Program-made: the position numbers and the translations under genes
Source of the DNA: Verrucomicrobiota bacterium
GTDB taxonomy: Bacteria; Verrucomicrobiota; Verrucomicrobiia; Limisphaerales; UBA8199
Direction of reading: 5' to 3'
DNA: 64,000 bases
Assembly: GCA_039806935.1 (NCBI GenBank)
Contig: JBDHQH010000005.1
Coordinates: 4,939-68,938, forward strand
Part shown: positions 25,681-34,970 of the stretch, piece after piece
Layout: each line of letters opens with the position of its first letter
How positions within the stretch are numbered: the first letter of the stretch is position 1
The notes under the pieces: generated by a model
What the model saw: the letters and a program-made list of their open reading frames with translations, nothing else
Told to the model about the DNA's origin: nothing
Database searches by the model: none

Positions 25681-27378
25681 ATGATTACTGCATCAGAGCC
25701 GATCAAGCTGAGCAAGAACGAGGGATTGAAAGCGTCCAGCCCGATGCTCTCGGGGACGATAGTCGAGGCGCTTGCGGATAGTGCTACGGATCGGTTCAGC
25801 GACTCGGACTACGAGTTTTTGAAGTTTCACGGGGTCTATCAGCAGGATGACCGGGATCAGCGCAAGATTGCGAAACACTATCAGATGATGGTGCGGACGC
25901 GGTTTCCCGGGGGCGTGTTGAGCGGAGCTCAGTATGTGGCGTGCGATGACCTGGCCACGCGGTATGGGAATAACACCTTGCGGATCACCACCCGGCAGGA
26001 CTTTCAGTTTCACGGGGTTTTGAAGTCGAACTTGCGGGAGACCATTCACGGCTTGAACCGCGCGTTGATGACGACCATCGCGGCCTGCGGCGACATTGCG
26101 CGCAACGTGATGGCGCCGCCGACTCCGGCGACGAGTCCGTTTGTGGATCTGGTGCTCAAAGAGGCACGGAAGCTTTCGGCGGCGCTGGCGCCGAAGACGC
26201 CCGCTTACCACGCCATTTGGGTGGACGGACACGAGATTGATTTGAGCGCGGAGGCGCAGGCGGGTTATTCGGATCCGCTGTATCGGCAGGCGTACTTGCC
26301 GCGGAAATTCAAGGCGGCATTCGCGATCCCGCCGGTGAACGATATCGACATTTTTTCCAACGATGTCGGCTTCGTGGCGATCGCGGAGGGAGACCGGTTG
26401 GCGGGCTTCAACGTGCTGGCTGGAGGGGGGCTGGGGATGTCGCACGGGAACGCGCAAACTTTTCCACGGGTGGCGGATGTCATCGGGTTCATCACGCCCG
26501 AGCACGTGGAGGCGGTGGCCAAGGGGGTGGTGGGGATACACCGGGACTTCGGCAGCCGGGCCAATCGCAAACAGGCGCGGCTGAAGTACGTGATTGAGGA
26601 GCGCGGGGTGGCGTGGTTTCGCCAGGAACTGGACCGGCGGGTGGGCTTTGCGCTGGCGCCCGCGCGCGCGTTCGAGTTCACCCGGCAAAGCGATTTGCTG
26701 GGTTGGCATCGGCAGTTGGACGGCAACTACTTTCTCGGTTTGTTTGTCGAGAACGGGCGGATTCGCGATCAGGACGGGTATCAGCTCAAGACCGGTTTGC
26801 GGCGGGCGATTGAGCACTACCAGCCGGAGGTGCGGCTGACGGCGGCGCAAAACCTGTTGCTGGTGAACGTGCGTCCGGAGCAGCGGAGCGGGATCGAGAG
26901 CATTCTGGCCGAGCACGGGGTGTCGGTGAACAATCCGTTCAGCCGCTCGCGGCTGGCGTCGATGGCCTGCCCGGCGTTGCCGACCTGCGGGCTGGCGCTG
27001 GCGGAATCGGAGCGCGTGCTGCCGGCGTTGCTGACCCGGATTGAGGAGGTGCAGGCCGAGCTGGGTCTGGCGGAGGAGGAGCTGGTGATCCGGATGACGG
27101 GCTGCCCGAATGGCTGCTCGAGGCCGTACCTGGCGGAGATCGCTTTCGTGGGCAAGGCGCCGAACAAATACCAGATTTATTTTGGCGGCAACGAGGCCAG
27201 CACCCGCATGAACCGGCTCTACAAAGACGCGGTGAAGGGGGAGGATCTCATTCCGGAGCTGCGGCTGGCGCTCGAACGCTTTGCGCGGGAGCGCGAGCCG
27301 GGCGAGCGGTTTGGGGATTTCTCGGCGCGGACCTTCTGGCAACCGGCGGCGCCGGCGGCCGAGCCTGTGGCGACATGA
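25681..27378 (+). CDS. cysI: assimilatory sulfite reductase hemoprotein (siroheme/4Fe-4S)
   Basis: 565 aa. 'FLKFHGVYQQDDRD', duplicated NIR_SIR modules, and the cluster motif 'CPALPTCGLA...TGCPNGCSRP'. Confidence 0.9.
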   Translation: MITASEPIKLSKNEGLKASSPMLSGTIVEALADSATDRFSDSDYEFLKFHGVYQQDDRDQRKIAKHYQMMVRTRFPGGVLSGAQYVACDDLATRYGNNTLRITTRQDFQFHGVLKSNLRETIHGLNRALMTTIAACGDIARNVMAPPTPATSPFVDLVLKEARKLSAALAPKTPAYHAIWVDGHEIDLSAEAQAGYSDPLYRQAYLPRKFKAAFAIPPVNDIDIFSNDVGFVAIAEGDRLAGFNVLAGGGLGMSHGNAQTFPRVADVIGFITPEHVEAVAKGVVGIHRDFGSRANRKQARLKYVIEERGVAWFRQELDRRVGFALAPARAFEFTRQSDLLGWHRQLDGNYFLGLFVENGRIRDQDGYQLKTGLRRAIEHYQPEVRLTAAQNLLLVNVRPEQRSGIESILAEHGVSVNNPFSRSRLASMACPALPTCGLALAESERVLPALLTRIEEVQAELGLAEEELVIRMTGCPNGCSRPYLAEIAFVGKAPNKYQIYFGGNEASTRMNRLYKDAVKGEDLIPELRLALERFAREREPGERFGDFSARTFWQPAAPAAEPVAT

Positions 27379-28058
27379 AGGCGGAGGAATTGCAACACTG
27401 GAACCGCGAGCTGCGGGACCGGACGCCGCTGGAGATCACGCGCTGGGCCATCGAGCGGGCGGAAGGCCGCGCGCTGGTCTCGACGAATTTTCGCCCCTAC
27501 GAGGCTGTGGTGCTCCACCTCTGCGTGCAGGCGCAGCCCGACATTCCGGTGCTCTGGGTGGACCACGGCTATAACCGGCCGGCCACGTACCGCCATGCCG
27601 AGGCGCTGCGGCGCCGGCTGGGGCTGAATTTGCGGCCTTATCTGCCGCGCCTCACGGCGGCCCATCGGGACGCGGTGTTTGGCGAGGTGCCGGCGCCGGG
27701 CGACGAGACGGGTCTCCAGCGCTTCAGCGCGGTGATGAAGCTGGAGCCGTTCCAGCGCGGCATGCGCGAGCTGCGGCCCGCGGTCTGGATCACCGGGCTG
27801 CGCCGGTCGCAGAATCCGCACCGCGCCGGGCTGGACATCCTGGGCGCCGACACCCATTTTGGATGCTTGAAAGTCAGTCCGGTGTTTCATACCTCCGACG
27901 CCGGGATGGAAGAATGGCTGCGGGCGCACGAGCTGCCGAACGAGTGGGACTATTTCGATCCCGCCAAGGCGGACGACCAGCGCGAATGCGGCTTGCACGC
28001 CGCCTGGGGCAGCCAGGCGCTGGCGGGCGGGGCGGTCAGCGCCGGCGCGGGCATTTGA
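27375..28058 (+). CDS. cysH: phosphoadenosine phosphosulfate (PAPS)-type reductase
   Basis: ATGA overlap with cysI. PAPS_reduct fold with C-terminal 'ECGLH'. There is no CC...CxxC Fe-S motif. Confidence 0.85.
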   Translation: MKAEELQHWNRELRDRTPLEITRWAIERAEGRALVSTNFRPYEAVVLHLCVQAQPDIPVLWVDHGYNRPATYRHAEALRRRLGLNLRPYLPRLTAAHRDAVFGEVPAPGDETGLQRFSAVMKLEPFQRGMRELRPAVWITGLRRSQNPHRAGLDILGADTHFGCLKVSPVFHTSDAGMEEWLRAHELPNEWDYFDPAKADDQRECGLHAAWGSQALAGGAVSAGAGI

Positions 28059-28075
28059 TCCGGGGGGAACACACC

Positions 28076-28978
28076 ATGCGAAGCTATCATCTGGACCATT
28101 TGGCGTATCTCGAGACCGAGGCCATTCACATCCTGCGGGAGGTGGCGGCCGAGTTCGAGCGGCCCTGCCTGCTGTTCTCGGGCGGCAAGGACTCGATTTG
28201 CCTGCTGCGCCTGGCCGAGAAGGCGTTTCGCCCCTCGGACCTGCCGCTGCCGCTGTTGAACATCGACACTGGCCATCATTTTCCGGAGCTGAATGAATTT
28301 CGCGACCGGCGCGCGCGCGAGCTGGGCGCGCGGCTGATCGTGCGCAAGGTCGAGGACGCCATCGCCGGGGGCATCGCCGTGCCGGCGCCCGGCGAGATCA
28401 GCCGCAACCGGTTGCAGATTCCGACGCTGCTGGCGGCGATCGAGGAATGGCAATTTGATTGCGCCATCGGCGGCGCCCGGCGGGACGAAGAGAAGGCGCG
28501 CGCGAAGGAGCGGTTCTTCAGCTTTCGCGACAGCTTCGGCCAATGGGATCCCAGGAATCAGCGGCCCGAGATCTGGAATCTGTACAACGCCCGGCTGAAT
28601 CCGGGCGAACACATGCGGGTGTTTCCGCTCAGCAACTGGACCGAGTTGGATGTCTGGGAATACATCCGGCGCGAGGAACTCGAGGTGCCGGGCATTTATT
28701 TCAGCCACTCGCGGGAATGCGTGCGCCGGGCGGGTCAATGGCTGCCGGTCAGCGAGCTGTTGCCGCTCAAACCCTCCGAGCGCAGCGAGCGGCTGGTCGT
28801 GCGGGTGCGCACCATCGGCGATATCATCAGCACCGGCCTGGTGGAGAGTCCGGCGCGCTCCGTGGATGACATCATCGCCGAGATCGCCGCCGCCCGCGTG
28901 ACCGAGCGCGGCAGCCGCGCCGACGACAAGGCGAGCGAGGCGGCCATGGAAGACCGCAAAAAACTGGGCTACTTTTAA
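28076..28978 (+). CDS. cysD: sulfate adenylyltransferase subunit 2
   Basis: 'LDHLAYLETEAIHILREV...LLFSGGKDSICLLRLA'. ATG 28076 is preceded by GGGGGGAA. The upstream part of the 27863 ORF overlaps cysH and is Arg/Gly junk. Confidence 0.92.
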   Translation: MRSYHLDHLAYLETEAIHILREVAAEFERPCLLFSGGKDSICLLRLAEKAFRPSDLPLPLLNIDTGHHFPELNEFRDRRARELGARLIVRKVEDAIAGGIAVPAPGEISRNRLQIPTLLAAIEEWQFDCAIGGARRDEEKARAKERFFSFRDSFGQWDPRNQRPEIWNLYNARLNPGEHMRVFPLSNWTELDVWEYIRREELEVPGIYFSHSRECVRRAGQWLPVSELLPLKPSERSERLVVRVRTIGDIISTGLVESPARSVDDIIAEIAAARVTERGSRADDKASEAAMEDRKKLGYF

Positions 28979-28996
28979 GCAAACCATCCCTCACTC

Positions 28997-30388
28997 ATGG
29001 AAACTTTCCTGGCGAATGGGAGCGGCGCCCCCGGCGTCGCGCTCGCATTTTCCGAAGGGTCCGCCGCGCGGGCTGCCGCGGCGGCTCCCCCGGTCGAAAT
29101 TCTGCGCTTTAACACCTGCGGCTCGGTGGATGACGGCAAATCGACTTTGATCGGCCGCCTGCTCTACGACTCGAAGGCGTTGATGGAGGACCAGCTCGAG
29201 GCGCTCCAACGCTCGGCGGACATTACCGGCGGCGGGCAGGTGAACCTGGCCAACCTGACGGACGGGTTGCGCGCGGAGCGCGAGCAGGGCATCACCATTG
29301 ATGTGGCCTACCGCTATTTCGCCACGCCGCGCCGCCGGTTTATCATCGCCGACACGCCCGGTCACGCGCAGTACACGCGCAACATGGTCACGGGCGCCTC
29401 GACCGCCAATCTCGCGGTGGTTCTGGTGGATGCGCGGCTGGGGTTGATCGAGCAAAGCCGGCGGCACACCTGCCTGGCCGCCCTGCTGCGGATTCCCCAT
29501 CTGGTGGTCGCCATCAACAAGATGGACCTGGTTCATTGGAGCGAGGCGCGCTTCCTGGAAATTCGCGCGGAATTCGAGAAATTTCTGCCGCGCCTGGACA
29601 TCAAGGACGTGAAGTTCATCCCGATCAGCGCCCTGCTGGGAGACAACGTCGTTTCGCGCTCGACCCATACGCCCTGGTACCAGGGCCCCACGCTCCTGGG
29701 ACAGCTCGAGACCGTGCATATCGCCAGCGATTGGAATCTCGATGGGTTCCGCTTCCCGGTCCAGTGGGTCAACCGGCCCAACGCGCCCACGAATCCCGCG
29801 CTGCATGATTTTCGCGGCCTCAGCGGCCAGATCGCCGGCGGCATCGTGCGCGTCGGGCAGCCGGTCATGGTTTTGCCCGGCGGACAACGCAGCCTCATCA
29901 AGGAGATCTGGACCTATGATGGACCGCTGGAGGAGGCCTTTTGCCCGCAATCGGTCACGCTGTTGCTGGCGGATGATCTGGACGTGAGCCGGGGTGACGT
30001 GCTGGTGGCCCCGGACGCGCTCCCGGGAATGAGCAACGACGTGCGCGCCCGGATCTGCTGGATGCGGCCGCGGCCGCTGCGGGCCGGGCAAAAGCTGCTG
30101 ATCAAGCATCTGGCCCAAACCGTGCCCGCCGCCGTGGTGTCGCTCGAGCATCGGTTGAACATCGACACCTTCGAGATGGAATTGTCCCCGCCCGAGCTGG
30201 GCGTCAATGACATTGGCGAAATCCGGCTTCGCACCGCGCGCCCGCTGGTGTTTGATGGTTATGCCGGCAACCGGCTGACCGGATCGTTCATCCTGATCGA
30301 ACCGGGCGCCAACGCCACCGTGGCCGCGGGCATGTTGCCGCCGCCGGCGGAGCTGGCGCGCCCGGAGTACACCGATTTCGCCATTTAG
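28997..30388 (+). CDS. cysN: sulfate adenylyltransferase subunit 1 (GTPase), not fused to APS kinase
   Basis: G-domain motifs 'GSVDDGKSTLIGRLL', 'DTPGHAQY' and 'NKMD'. At 463 aa there is no CysC domain. Confidence 0.9.
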   Translation: METFLANGSGAPGVALAFSEGSAARAAAAAPPVEILRFNTCGSVDDGKSTLIGRLLYDSKALMEDQLEALQRSADITGGGQVNLANLTDGLRAEREQGITIDVAYRYFATPRRRFIIADTPGHAQYTRNMVTGASTANLAVVLVDARLGLIEQSRRHTCLAALLRIPHLVVAINKMDLVHWSEARFLEIRAEFEKFLPRLDIKDVKFIPISALLGDNVVSRSTHTPWYQGPTLLGQLETVHIASDWNLDGFRFPVQWVNRPNAPTNPALHDFRGLSGQIAGGIVRVGQPVMVLPGGQRSLIKEIWTYDGPLEEAFCPQSVTLLLADDLDVSRGDVLVAPDALPGMSNDVRARICWMRPRPLRAGQKLLIKHLAQTVPAAVVSLEHRLNIDTFEMELSPPELGVNDIGEIRLRTARPLVFDGYAGNRLTGSFILIEPGANATVAAGMLPPPAELARPEYTDFAI

Positions 30389-30596
30389 CTTTTAGGCGCG
30401 TCCCCCCAGGCGCGGCCAAAGTTCCAGGAGAATTCCGGGCGCGCGGCGGGGCCCGCGGCGCCGAGTTTTTTCCGGCCGCCAGAGATTTGCCGGCGGCGAG
30501 CGGCAGGCGCGCGATTTTCCGTCTCGGCGTCACCTAAGATGCAGACGATATTCAATTGCTATCCAAAGACTTAAGTTGGGTTGATCCGTTCGATTT

Positions 30597-30625
30597 TTGA
30601 CACCGCGATGGCGTTTCCATATATA
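30597..30625 (+). promoter_or_regulatory. candidate sigma70-type promoter at the left edge of the glycan island
   Basis: TTGACA (30597-30602), a 17-nt spacer, then TATATA (30620-30625). It lies 22 nt upstream of ATG 30647, which argues against the 30581 and 30608 starts. Confidence 0.4.
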
Positions 30626-30646
30626 CCTGAACTTAAAGTCATCGTT

Positions 30647-31426
30647 ATGAGCCCAATGCGAGCCGTATGGAACGAGCAGGTCCGCCTATACTGGGAGCGC
30701 GAGCCGTGCGGGACCTCCCCGCAATTGACGCGCGGCTGCGCGGAGGGCTCGCTGGAATGGTTCAGACAAATCGAGGAGCACCGCTACCGGATCGAGCCGT
30801 TCATTCACGCGATTGCGCAGTTTACCCGCTTTCGCGGGCAGCGCATGCTGGAGGTCGGCGTGGGCGCGGGAACGGATCATCTGCAATGGGCGCGGGCGGG
30901 GCTGGAGTGCCATGGCGTGGATTTGACCGACGCTGGAATCGCGACCACCCGGCGGCATTTGGCTTATTACGGCCTGAGCTCTGATTTGCGGCGCGCGGAT
31001 GCCGAGCACCTGCCGTTTGCAGACGGACTTTTTGACCTGGTCTATTCCTGGGGGGTGATTCATCACTCCCAATCGCCGGAAAAGGTGATCCGGGAGATCC
31101 ACCGGGTGTTAAAGCCCGGCGGGTGTTTTGTCGGCATGTTGTACGGACGCCACTCGATTCTGGCGTTAAAGAAGTGGCTCCGCCACGCGTTGCTCGCGGG
31201 CCGGCCCTGGCGCAGCGTCGAGGACGTCATCTGGCACCATGTCGAGAGCGCCGGGACGAAGTCCTACACGCAAACCGAATTGCGGCGCCTGTTCGCGGAG
31301 TTTTCCCGCGTCGAGTTGTTGCCGGTGATCACCCCCCACGACACGTCGCACTGTCCGCGGTGGGTGTCAAAGTTTTTCCCGGATGACTGGGGATGGTTTA
31401 TCGGGGTGCGGGCCACCCGCGCCTGA
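30647..31426 (+). CDS. class I SAM-dependent methyltransferase
   Basis: Motif I 'MLEVGVGAGTD', post-I 'GVDLTD', and 'LKPGGCFVGM'. Confidence 0.8.
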   Translation: MSPMRAVWNEQVRLYWEREPCGTSPQLTRGCAEGSLEWFRQIEEHRYRIEPFIHAIAQFTRFRGQRMLEVGVGAGTDHLQWARAGLECHGVDLTDAGIATTRRHLAYYGLSSDLRRADAEHLPFADGLFDLVYSWGVIHHSQSPEKVIREIHRVLKPGGCFVGMLYGRHSILALKKWLRHALLAGRPWRSVEDVIWHHVESAGTKSYTQTELRRLFAEFSRVELLPVITPHDTSHCPRWVSKFFPDDWGWFIGVRATRA

Positions 31427-32587
31427 CGCCAGCCGCAACACCCGTTCGTAACCGGCGAAAAACTTGCTCGCCATCACCGCAGGCGAGAGGTACTCGCGCG
31501 TTTCCGCCAGGGTGGCCGGATCGACCTGACCCAGGGAAAAGCGCGGATGCGCCACCGCCTCGCGAATGGCGGCCACGAAAGCGGCGAGATCACCGGCGGG
31601 GAAGGTGATGCCGTTGCGTCCCGGCTGAATGTAATCCACGATGCCGCCGATGGCCGAGGCCACGACCGGCAGGCCGGCCACAGCGGCCTCTTTGACCGAG
31701 TTCGGGCTGGTGTCCACGCGCGTGGGGAAGAGCATGATGGCGGCGCGGGCCAGCTCCTCCGCCACCTCCGCGGGCTGGAGCTGGGCGCGAAATTCAATCC
31801 GGCGCCACAACTCGGCCGAGCTGTTCCGCTTGAGCTCAGCCACAAATTCCGGCGCGCCGGAGCCGACGACGCCCAGCCGGAAATCGAATTGCTCCTGGAG
31901 CTGATCCAGGGCGCGGAACAGCAAATCCGTGCCTTTGATGGCGGAGAGCACGCCGATGAACAGGAAACGCAAAGGTTGGAGCTCGGGCCGCCTCCGGATG
32001 CGGTGAAACACCCAATTCGGCGCGTGTTCGGCCTGGCGCACCTCGAGGCGCGGATAATGCTCTTTGAGCCAGCGCACCGCGAAGCCGGATTCGGTGGTGG
32101 CCACCCGGGCCCGGCGGAGACTGGGGTCCTCCAGCCGGATATCGATCTGATGGTACGGGCCGAGATTTACGTGTTGCGAATACCATTGGAGCAATCCCTG
32201 CATCGTGACCAGGTAAGGATAGCCCAGACGGGAGGCGACCATGGCCGCGCCCCGCTCCGTGCCCCAGGCATGGACGAGGTCCGGCTGAATTCGTCGCAAC
32301 CGTTTTCGGATGCGCAGGGTCTCCCACCAGAAGAGGCTCAGGGAGCGCGCCCCCCCGGGCACCTTGAGGCAGTGGAACCGGACGTTTTCCCACTGCACTT
32401 CGAGGTCGGAGGGAAATTGCTTGCGGACCACAATGATCTCCAGTTGGAGATCGGGGCGGGTTTTGAATTCGTCCAACAACACCCGTTGCCAGGTGGCCGG
32501 GTGCAGCTTGGGCAGGGCTTGGATCACCGGCGGCATGCCGGGCAGCCACTCGATCGGGAAATACGAAATCCACGCAACCTTCACCAT
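31367..32587 (-). CDS. glycosyltransferase family 4
   Basis: GT-B fold. C-terminal 'MLFPTRVDTSPNSVKEAAVAGLPVVASAIGGIVDYI'. It overlaps the methyltransferase convergently by 60 nt. Confidence 0.85.
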   Translation of the reverse strand: MVKVAWISYFPIEWLPGMPPVIQALPKLHPATWQRVLLDEFKTRPDLQLEIIVVRKQFPSDLEVQWENVRFHCLKVPGGARSLSLFWWETLRIRKRLRRIQPDLVHAWGTERGAAMVASRLGYPYLVTMQGLLQWYSQHVNLGPYHQIDIRLEDPSLRRARVATTESGFAVRWLKEHYPRLEVRQAEHAPNWVFHRIRRRPELQPLRFLFIGVLSAIKGTDLLFRALDQLQEQFDFRLGVVGSGAPEFVAELKRNSSAELWRRIEFRAQLQPAEVAEELARAAIMLFPTRVDTSPNSVKEAAVAGLPVVASAIGGIVDYIQPGRNGITFPAGDLAAFVAAIREAVAHPRFSLGQVDPATLAETREYLSPAVMASKFFAGYERVLRLASGAGGPHPDKPSPVIREKL

Positions 32588-32993
32588 GAGCGACGCGAAT
32601 CATGCCGAAAATGATTTGTGGTTGAAATGATTTTTTATTTCAATCCGGCTTTTTCGCCATCGCCGGAGCGGAATTCCACTTGCCACATCATCAGACGCTA
32701 CGATGGCGCATCGCCATTCTCCACGACCCTCGCCGGGCGTGAAGGTTGGCAGTGCTCGCGGCCCAGCGGCGCCTCGATGGCGCGTCCCGGCCAATAAAAT
32801 TCGTTGCGCCAGCAACAGTGACGGTTAGACTGGCGCTTATGGCTTAAGAATTCCACCTTGATGATACAGAAGCCATCTGGATCACAACATGAACCGCCCT
32901 GGCCGGAGGCAAGCTCCGAGGGCCGCTGCGCACCCAGGCTTGTTTTTATCAAGTGCCGACAAGAAACCCCTTTTCAACCTCCGCCCAAGGCCC

Positions 32994-34148
32994 ATGGATT
33001 TCGTGATAAACCGTTTAAAATTGCTGTTGAAACGCCTGTTCATGCGAGGTTTTATGCGGGCGTGGTGGGCGGCGCGCCGGACCCGCCAATGGGAGCGCGC
33101 CTATTGCAAGCAGTTGCTGCTTTCCTCGGGAGAACCGGATTCCGGGGCAGCCCCGGCTGTGCTTTTGAATGCGGGAGCCTTGCGGTCGATCCTGTTTATC
33201 GCCGATTGCATGTGGGAGCAGAACGACTTGGTGCCCGAGTTGCGGAAGATTGCCCAGGTAACTGTGCTCGACCTGCATCCCGGACTCAAGGAGTGCGCGC
33301 CGGAGGCTGAGAAAGGGTGTGTGGCGGCTCGCGTCCAGGCGTTTGCCGAGGCCGCAAAATCGCTGGAGCCGGATGTTATCCTGTTCTACGCCCGTCCAGG
33401 GTTGTTGTCCGAAGAAGTCTTCGAGACGCTGCGGCGGCGCTGGAATTGCCCGCTATTCGGGTTGAACCTGGACGACAAGTTTCAGTTTTTCCCCTACGGC
33501 ATCTTCTCGAAAGGAGACGACAACTATCAGCAATGGGCGCGGCGGTTTGATTTGAATCTGACTAGCTCGCTGGCAGCGACCGATTGGTATCGGGAGCGCG
33601 GGCTGGCCTGCCTCTACGCGCCGGCGGGAATGCATCGACCGGAGGGCTTGAGGGCGCCCGACTCCGCCAGCTTTGAGTATGTCCTCAGCTTCGTGGGGTC
33701 GTGCAAACCGGACCGGGCCATCCTGATCAACCAGCTTTTGGGGCACGGTGTTCGCGTAAACGTCTTTGGCTCCGGGTGGCCGCGCTCGCAATGGCTTGAC
33801 GATGCCAACCGGGTGTTTCGCGGCACCCAGATCAACCTGGGCATGGGGTTTGCCTCTGAATCGCGCACCTTGACCGCGCTCAAAGCCCGGGACTTCGAGT
33901 GTCCTGGAGCGGGCGCCTGTTATCTGACCACCTACAACTGGGAGCTGGCGCGGCACTACGATCTGGGGAAGGAGATTTTATGTTACCGCTCGCTCGAGGA
34001 GTTCCTCGAGCTTTACGCCTACTATCGGAAGCGGCCCGCGGCGTGCCTGGCGGTTGCCCAGGCGGCCTGGCGCCGGTGCTCGAACGAGCACACCTGGGAG
34101 TTGCGCTATCGCCGCATTTTCGAGCAGACTGGATTCAAATTGAAATAG
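32994..34148 (+). CDS. CgeB-like glycosyltransferase family protein (Glyco_trans_1_2-type C-terminus)
   Basis: C-terminal 'KARDFECPGAGACYLTTYNWELARHYDLGKEILCYRSLEEF' resembles the CgeB/DUF3880-associated GT family. ATG 32994 is preferred over 32889. Confidence 0.65.
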   Translation: MDFVINRLKLLLKRLFMRGFMRAWWAARRTRQWERAYCKQLLLSSGEPDSGAAPAVLLNAGALRSILFIADCMWEQNDLVPELRKIAQVTVLDLHPGLKECAPEAEKGCVAARVQAFAEAAKSLEPDVILFYARPGLLSEEVFETLRRRWNCPLFGLNLDDKFQFFPYGIFSKGDDNYQQWARRFDLNLTSSLAATDWYRERGLACLYAPAGMHRPEGLRAPDSASFEYVLSFVGSCKPDRAILINQLLGHGVRVNVFGSGWPRSQWLDDANRVFRGTQINLGMGFASESRTLTALKARDFECPGAGACYLTTYNWELARHYDLGKEILCYRSLEEFLELYAYYRKRPAACLAVAQAAWRRCSNEHTWELRYRRIFEQTGFKLK

Positions 34149-34184
34149 TTTATTGCCAAAGCAGCGCCCTTGATTGGCGAGCGC

Positions 34185-34901
34185 ATGGGATACCTCGAAT
34201 ATTATAGTTACCAGGCCAAAGCGCGCGGAGTGCATACGCTGGAGGACATCCGTCGAAACGCGGATGAGAAAGCCTATCTTTACAACCGAATTGTGCTCCC
34301 CTGGCTGCCCGCGCAAAAGAGCACTCGGATAGGCGAGCTGGCCTGCGGCCACGGCACCTTTTTATGGTGGCTGAGGCAGCACGGGTACGCGGAAGCGGTT
34401 GGGGTTGATTCCAGCGTCGAACAGGTTGTGCTGGCGACTCAAACCGGCGCGCGAATCAGCCGGATGGAGGTCAACCCTTGGTTGAAAGAGCAGCCTGCAG
34501 GCGGATTCCAGACCCTGGTGGCGATCGATTTCATTGAGCATATCTCCAAAGACGATTTCATGGATTGTCTTCGGCAGACACACCGGGTTCTGGCCCCCGG
34601 CGGACGGCTGATCCTGCGCTATCCGAATGCCGATTCACCATTGCTGGGCCGAAATCTTTTTAACGACATCACCCATGTTTGGACTTACACGACCAACTGC
34701 TTGACGTCGTTGGGCCTCATGCACGGATTCTCTCAATTCTCGTTCGTGGATGAGTCAATCGCGGCCGTTCGCGATCGACGATGGCTCAAGGCGCCGCTCT
34801 GTTGGCTGAGCCAGGCGCTGTTGAGAACTTTAGTGCGCGCTGCCACCAAGGAACGGATCACCTACTGGAGCCCCCACATCTGGGCTTGCCTGCAAAAATG
34901 A
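34185..34901 (+). CDS. class I SAM-dependent methyltransferase
   Basis: Motif I 'IGELACGHGTF', then 'GVDSS' and 'LAPGGRLILRYPN'. Confidence 0.75.
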   Translation: MGYLEYYSYQAKARGVHTLEDIRRNADEKAYLYNRIVLPWLPAQKSTRIGELACGHGTFLWWLRQHGYAEAVGVDSSVEQVVLATQTGARISRMEVNPWLKEQPAGGFQTLVAIDFIEHISKDDFMDCLRQTHRVLAPGGRLILRYPNADSPLLGRNLFNDITHVWTYTTNCLTSLGLMHGFSQFSFVDESIAAVRDRRWLKAPLCWLSQALLRTLVRAATKERITYWSPHIWACLQK

Positions 34902-34970
34902 AGTCGCCGAAGGAGTTGCCTGAGTTTGCGAATCCCAGGCCAGTGGCGTCGCCGGCCTGGCGCCGGGATG

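Noticed and set aside
23695-27342. 542-aa and 549-aa minus-strand ORFs (23695-25323 and 25693-27342)
   Set aside because: They are antisense to wza/FHA/PfkB and to cysI respectively, and both are R/P/Q/H-rich shadows.
27950-30151. 345-aa and 386-aa minus-strand ORFs
   Set aside because: They are antisense to cysD and cysN.
31547-32614. 355-aa plus-strand ORF inside the glycan island
   Set aside because: It is antisense to the GT4 gene (31367-32587), which carries the GT-B C-terminal motif.
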